A stretch of 64,000 nucleotides of DNA from an uncultured Gammaproteobacteria bacterium. GTDB taxonomy: Bacteria > Patescibacteriota > Patescibacteriia > Patescibacteriales > UBA12465. Below, piece by piece: positions 59,318 to 64,000 of this stretch; within the stretch, counting starts at the first letter, position 1, and every line of letters starts with the position of its first letter. Where the stretch lies: the NCBI GenBank assembly GCA_964608425.1, contig CAZSNN010000001.1, positions 1,073-65,072 of the forward strand. The letters are read 5' to 3'. The notes under the pieces are model-generated. The model saw only the letters and a list, made by a program, of their open reading frames with translations, was not told where the DNA came from and ran no database searches. The translations under genes were made by a program, and so were the position numbers.

Positions 59318-60550
59318 TTATAATTTTCTTCTTAAAACGGAGAGTTCTGGAATTTTAATTTTATTATTAACCTCTAATATTATTTCCTGACCTCCCCCGC
59401 CACCATGAGCCTCTAAAATAGTTTTTTCAGTTTTGGCATCAAACATCTCTTTTAAATCTAATTTTATTATACCATATTTTGGCAAAATTATCTCAATCTC
59501 ATCTCCAGCTTTAATGGTATTATGAACCTTAATTTTAATAATATTAATATCTTTATTACCAATCTTTCTATTCTTAGTCTCAATAACCTGACCACAAAAC
59601 TCCCAGTCTGATAAAAAATGGGAATTGGCAGTATTCTGTTCCCCCTTTTTATTTAATAGAAAACCAGTAGTATAGCCTCGATGGGTTATTTTGTTTATCA
59701 ATTCTTTGTATAGAAAATTAATCTTTTTTGGCTCTAGTAAAGCCTTTTTATACATGCCCACTATATTAGCTAGATAATAAACACTTTTGGCTCGACCTTC
59801 GATCTTAAAACTAGTTATCCCGGCCTTTATTAGCTCTGGAATACTTTTTATTAAACATAAATCTTTAGAATTTAATAAATAAGAACCATGTTTTTCTGAC
59901 ACCAGTTCCAACTCTTCTTCATGCCCCTTGGCTCTAATAAAAACATCATACTCCCAACGACAAGGCTGAACACAATCCCCTAAATTAGCACTACGGCCAA
60001 CAAAATCCTTCGACAAAAAGCAACGACCCGAGTAGGCCATGCACATCGCTCCATGAACAAAATATTCCAATTCTATTTTAGGGCATTTTTGATGAATTTT
60101 CTTTATCTCTTCTAGAGTAGTTTCTCGACCCAAGATTATCCTTTTGACCCCCTGTTTCTGCCAAAATTTAACAGCTTCATAATTTGTACAATTAGCCTGG
60201 GTAGATAAATGAATATCAATCTTAGGACAATGTTTTTTCACCAAAGATAATATTCCCGGATCAGAAATTATGAGACCATCGGGCGATAATTTATTTAATA
60301 ATTTTAGATATTTTGGCAATTTATCAATATGATGATTGTGAGCAAAAATATTAACCGTAACATAAACTTTCTTTTTCTGATTATGAGCATACTCAATAGC
60401 TTGAGACAGAGATTTTAAATTAAAATCATTAATCCTGACTCGCAAAGAAAAGTCAGGGATACCCAAATAAATAGCATCAGCCCCGTGAGCCAAAGCTGTT
60501 TTCATTTTTAAAAAATTTCCGGCTGGAGCCAATAATTCTATTTTTTTCAT
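59318..60550 (-). CDS. U32 peptidase-family protein (TrhP/YegQ-like tRNA hydroxylation)
   Basis: ELLAPAG, HLSTQAN, HGAMCMAYSGRC..CVQPCR, KIEGR; start MKKIELL. Confidence 0.9.
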   Translation of the reverse strand: MKKIELLAPAGNFLKMKTALAHGADAIYLGIPDFSLRVRINDFNLKSLSQAIEYAHNQKKKVYVTVNIFAHNHHIDKLPKYLKLLNKLSPDGLIISDPGILSLVKKHCPKIDIHLSTQANCTNYEAVKFWQKQGVKRIILGRETTLEEIKKIHQKCPKIELEYFVHGAMCMAYSGRCFLSKDFVGRSANLGDCVQPCRWEYDVFIRAKGHEEELELVSEKHGSYLLNSKDLCLIKSIPELIKAGITSFKIEGRAKSVYYLANIVGMYKKALLEPKKINFLYKELINKITHRGYTTGFLLNKKGEQNTANSHFLSDWEFCGQVIETKNRKIGNKDINIIKIKVHNTIKAGDEIEIILPKYGIIKLDLKEMFDAKTEKTILEAHGGGGGQEIILEVNNKIKIPELSVLRRKL

Positions 60551-60560
60551 TATTAATAAA

Positions 60561-61610
60561 TTATTTTTTATAAATAATTTCCAAATTATCAAAATAATTA
60601 CGATGACTAAAGTATTGGTCAGTTCTCTTAATAATTTTATTCATATTGTGAACAGTTTCAATAGGATAATTTCCCACAGCAGTCTCATCTGATAACATCA
60701 GAGCATCAGCTCCATCAAAAATAGCATTAGCTACATCACTAACCTCAGCTCTAGTTGGTCGATAATGATCAATCATGGAAGTCATCATCTGAGTGGCCAC
60801 AATAGCAGGTTTATCATGCCAGTGAGCATGTCTAATTAAATTTTTTTGAACTATCGGAAGATCTTCCATTGGAATTTCAATTCCTAAATCACCACGAGCA
60901 ATCATAATACAATCAGAATTTCTAATAATCCCATCGATATTTTCTAAAGAAACCCCTCTCTCAATTTTTGAAATAATTTTAATATTATCATCTCCAATAG
61001 CTTGTCTCACCTTAATAATATCTTCGGGAGTTTGCACGAAAGAAGCTGCCACAAAATCTGGTTTAACTTTTTTGGCAAATTCTATATCCAACAAGTCCTT
61101 GGCTGTCAAAATATCTCGATTTAAAATAGTTCTAGGAACATTAACCCCCTTACGAGATAATAATAATCCCCCTCTTTCAGCCTTGGCTATAAACTTATTT
61201 TCCAATAAATTTATTTCTATCACTCTAAGCTCTATCATTCCGCTATCTAAATAAATAGGATCATCAATTTTTAAATCATTAATCAACTCCAAATCATCAA
61301 TTGGAATTTCCAAGTTATCGACGTTTCCCCGATCATACATAAAAGTATAAATTTCTCCTTCAATAACCTCAATTTCATGTTTTAATTTTCCAACCCTAAT
61401 CCTAGGTCCTTGTAGATCAAATAATATTTTAATTTTAATATTTAATTCTTCATTTATTTTATCAATATTTTCTTTTATCTTATAATATTGATCATAATTA
61501 GCATGAGAAAAATTCATTCTAATTAAATCCATTCCACTAAGAGCCATAGATTTTAAAGAATTATAATCCTCCGACTTTGGTCCAATAGTTGCAATTATTT
61601 TAGCATTCAT
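60561..61610 (-). CDS. pyk: Pyruvate kinase lacking the C-terminal domain
   Basis: KIIATIGP, RMNFSH, DLQGPRIR, MIARGDLG, PTRAEVSDVANA, MLSDETA. Confidence 0.94.
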   Translation of the reverse strand: MNAKIIATIGPKSEDYNSLKSMALSGMDLIRMNFSHANYDQYYKIKENIDKINEELNIKIKILFDLQGPRIRVGKLKHEIEVIEGEIYTFMYDRGNVDNLEIPIDDLELINDLKIDDPIYLDSGMIELRVIEINLLENKFIAKAERGGLLLSRKGVNVPRTILNRDILTAKDLLDIEFAKKVKPDFVAASFVQTPEDIIKVRQAIGDDNIKIISKIERGVSLENIDGIIRNSDCIMIARGDLGIEIPMEDLPIVQKNLIRHAHWHDKPAIVATQMMTSMIDHYRPTRAEVSDVANAIFDGADALMLSDETAVGNYPIETVHNMNKIIKRTDQYFSHRNYFDNLEIIYKK

Positions 61611-61673
61611 TTTTTTATTACCTATTCAGTCTCGGCTCAAGGCCACAAACCAGAAAGGTCTTATTAATTTTTA

Positions 61674-62582
61674 TTATAATATATTCATTCCTTTTAAAGC
61701 CTTAACTCGATCCTCAATTGGCGGATGAGTCATAAAAGCCTTGGCCCATAAACTTTTTTTATTTTTTTGTTTTATTGGTTCTGAAATATATAGATGAGCT
61801 GTAGCCCGATTAGCCCTTTCCATGTCATTAGGGTCAGAAGATATTTTCTCTAAAGCCCTAGCCAAACCCTCGGGGTACCTAGTTGTCAATGCTCCGTCAG
61901 CATCAGCCAAAAACTCTCTCTTACGAGAAATAGCAAATTGCATGATATAAGCAAAAATTGGGGCCAAAATAGAAAAAACAATAGCTATTATTATTATAAT
62001 TAATTGTAATTGCCCCTTATTTTCATTATTACGAGATCTGCCTCCAGAATAAAAAGCCCATCTTCTAAACCAATCAGCCAAAAGAACTATCATACCAACC
62101 ATAACAGTAGTCAATGTCGCAATCAAAATATCATAATTCTTTATATGGGACAATTCATGGGCAATCACTCCCTCTAATTCACTCTTTTCTAATTTATTTA
62201 AAAGTCCGGTGGTTACAGCTATAACGGCATTTTTAGGATTTCTTCCAGTAGCAAAAGCGTTAGGAGAAATGTCGTTAATAATATAAATTTTAGGAGTTGG
62301 AAGACCAACTGAAATACATAAATTTTCCACTAATCGATACAATTCTTTATTATCTTCAAACTTAAGTTGATGAGCTCCACTCATTGATAAAACAATTTTA
62401 TCGCTAAACCAATAAGAGATAAAAGAAGAAATAATGCTTATAAAAACTACGACATACAAGATCATAGAATCTTCCATGGCTACACTAAAAACATACCCCA
62501 CCAACATGGCAAAAATTAAAAAACCAGTAAACAAAAACCAGGTCTTTCTTTTATTGGAATCACTATGATTATATAATGTCAT
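61674..62582 (-). CDS. htpX: Membrane zinc metalloprotease HtpX (M48)
   Basis: PNAFATG, AHELSH, SRKREFLAD, THPP. Confidence 0.95.
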   Translation of the reverse strand: MTLYNHSDSNKRKTWFLFTGFLIFAMLVGYVFSVAMEDSMILYVVVFISIISSFISYWFSDKIVLSMSGAHQLKFEDNKELYRLVENLCISVGLPTPKIYIINDISPNAFATGRNPKNAVIAVTTGLLNKLEKSELEGVIAHELSHIKNYDILIATLTTVMVGMIVLLADWFRRWAFYSGGRSRNNENKGQLQLIIIIIAIVFSILAPIFAYIMQFAISRKREFLADADGALTTRYPEGLARALEKISSDPNDMERANRATAHLYISEPIKQKNKKSLWAKAFMTHPPIEDRVKALKGMNIL

Positions 62583-62594
62583 ATTTTAGATAAT

Positions 62595-62624
62595 AAATTA
62601 CCCTGATAAAAATCAAGGTAATTT
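62595..62624 (-). terminator. Hairpin upstream of htpX
   Basis: AAATTACCTTGAT-tttt-ATCAGGGTAATTT on minus strand, one G-U pair. Confidence 0.55.
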
Positions 62625-62641
62625 CATTTTAAATATTTAAA

Positions 62642-62749
62642 TTATTTAAAAAATTTATTGTAAACAATTATTACAATTATACCGGCTACCGCTAGAATAG
62701 CTAAGGTAGAACCGATAGGAAAGGAATTTCCACTTGAAAGATAATCCAT
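62642..62749 (-). CDS. 35-aa single-TM small protein (absent from ORF track)
   Basis: Manual translation MDYLSSGNSFPIGSTLAILAVAGIIVIIVYNKFFK*; starts 11 nt after the lemA stop. Confidence 0.6.
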   Translation of the reverse strand: MDYLSSGNSFPIGSTLAILAVAGIIVIIVYNKFFK

Positions 62750-62760
62750 AGAACAATAAA

Positions 62761-63327
62761 TTAAAATTTAACCTCAACGTTTTCTCTTTGAGAAGCCTCT
62801 TCTATTTCAAAAAAATTTCGAGAAGCGAAGCCTAATTGTTTGGCGATGATATTGGTCGGGAAAACTTGTAATTTAGTATTAAAATCTCTAACGTTGCCGT
62901 TATAAAAACGACGAGAAGCTTGAATCTTGTTTTCAGTGTCAGACAACTCTCTCTGTAATTCTAAGAAGTTTTGATTAGCTTTTAAATCTGGGTAGTTTTC
63001 ACTTAAAGCAAAAATTGATTTAAGCGTAGAGGACAAAGCATTTTCAGCTTTTAATTTTCCCTCAACATCGGAGCTATTTTGCATTGACATAGCTGAATTT
63101 CTAGCTTGAACAACATTCTCCAAAGTTTCTTTTTCATGAGAAGCATATCCTTTAACTGTTTCTATTAAATTTGGAATCAAATCATAACGTCTCTTCAATT
63201 GAACGTCAATATCACTCCAAGCTTCATCAACTCTATTTTTTAAACGAATTAATCCATTATACATGGAAATAATAGCAATAATTAAAACAAACAAAATTGC
63301 TAAAACTATCCAAAGAGCAGTAGACAT
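62761..63327 (-). CDS. lemA: LemA family protein
   Basis: AWSDIDVQLKRRYDLIPNL, ENYPDLKANQNF, RRFYN. Confidence 0.96.
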   Translation of the reverse strand: MSTALWIVLAILFVLIIAIISMYNGLIRLKNRVDEAWSDIDVQLKRRYDLIPNLIETVKGYASHEKETLENVVQARNSAMSMQNSSDVEGKLKAENALSSTLKSIFALSENYPDLKANQNFLELQRELSDTENKIQASRRFYNGNVRDFNTKLQVFPTNIIAKQLGFASRNFFEIEEASQRENVEVKF

Positions 63328-63402
63328 AAATATTTTTTATTAATTATAAGTAAAAATATTATAACAAAAATAGACTAAAAAAACAAGACTAAAATTATTA
63401 TA

Positions 63403-64000
63403 TTATAAATTTTTTATTATTCTAACTAGTTTAATAACTTTGTTTTCCACCTTTTCAATAATACATTCGTATTCCTTAATTTTAATTTTCATCCCCTCCT
63501 TAGGAATTTTTTTAATCTGAGTTAAGATTATATCAGCCATAGTATCCAAACCATCTTCCGAAATATTGATATTGAGAAATCTATTAATATCTCGAGCCTC
63601 AGTAATTCCAGAAACTATAATTTCATTTTTACCGACTCTTTTAATCAAAGTATCATCAACATCGTGCTCATCAATTATTTCTCCAACTAACTCCTCAATA
63701 ATATCCTCTAGAGTAACGATTCCATCTGTTCCTCCATACTCATCCAAAACAACAGCAATATGTATTTTTCTTTTTTGAAATTCTTTTAAAATATTATTAA
63801 TAATCATCTGCTTGGGAACAAAGACTATTGGACGAATTAAAGCCGAAATATTTTCTTTTTCTCTCCCCTGTCTAAAAGCTAATAAAATATCTTGAGCATG
63901 AACAAAACCTTTAACCTTGTCGGGGTTATCCTCAACTACTAAACATCTAGTAATTCCATGCTCTTCTATTTTCTCAGCACATTCTTCTATAAGGGAATCA
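63403..64000 (-). CDS. HlyC/CorC-family CBS-domain protein, 5' end outside the window
   Basis: Frame stays open to the window edge; HIAVVLDEYGGTDGIVTLEDIIEELVGEI plus CorC-like C-terminal domain. Confidence 0.9.
   Translation of the reverse strand, partial: DSLIEECAEKIEEHGITRCLVVEDNPDKVKGFVHAQDILLAFRQGREKENISALIRPIVFVPKQMIINNILKEFQKRKIHIAVVLDEYGGTDGIVTLEDIIEELVGEIIDEHDVDDTLIKRVGKNEIIVSGITEARDINRFLNINISEDGLDTMADIILTQIKKIPKEGMKIKIKEYECIIEKVENKVIKLVRIIKNL

Noticed and set aside
1533-63778. Numerous 60-135 aa antisense or overlapping ORFs in the track (e.g. 6460-6816, 19254-19556, 43626-43943, 47444-47851)
   Set aside because: They overlap well-supported genes and have shadow-frame composition with no recognisable motifs
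63403-63807. Truncated CBS/CorC pseudogene
   Set aside because: The frame stays open to position 64000; the gene is simply cut by the window edge
1-64000. Complete DGR (RT, Avd, template repeat) inside the window
   Set aside because: No ORF with RT motifs and no second copy of the VR-like sequence was found by eye; intergenic spaces are short and AT-rich. A self-alignment would be needed to exclude it formally
1-64000. Alternative genetic code (UGA=Gly, as in Gracilibacteria/Absconditabacteria)
   Set aside because: Conserved genes translate as continuous ORFs in the standard-code track without UGA fragmentation

Overview
AT-rich bacterial chromosome segment, standard genetic code, with almost all genes on the minus strand. 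Gene content and protein forms point to a Patescibacteria/CPR (Parcubacteria-like) genome; this is an inference from short AlaRS, ProRS and pyruvate kinase, DUF4012, DUF3048 and a sigma4-HARE fusion. The window holds rpsB-tsf-yaaT, dus-cysS-tgt, the alpha ribosomal operon (infA to rpsI), alaS, a partial dcw cluster, a surface-glycosylation region (GT2, DUF2304, GT-C-like, GT4s, rmlABCD), rpmE-prfA-prmC, two mreB paralogues flanking a MacAB-like ABC exporter, proS, ruvA, a U32 protein, pyk and lemA-htpX. The standout is a small stand-alone gene (31350-31841, minus). Its last 35 codons switch abruptly to about 55% GC with only 8 adenines in 105 nt and no A-ending codon, the signature expected of a diversity-generating retroelement (DGR) variable repeat. 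It is followed by a degenerate 8-bp tandem array and a 19-bp hairpin. No reverse transcriptase or template repeat was seen in the window, so it looks like a remote, trans-targeted DGR cassette with an unusual cis element. Other points: an unannotated 35-aa membrane peptide between lemA and htpX, a TGT lacking zinc ligands, an RpoA lacking its CTD, and several self-contained accessory insertions. All calls come from reading the sequence; no database searches were run.
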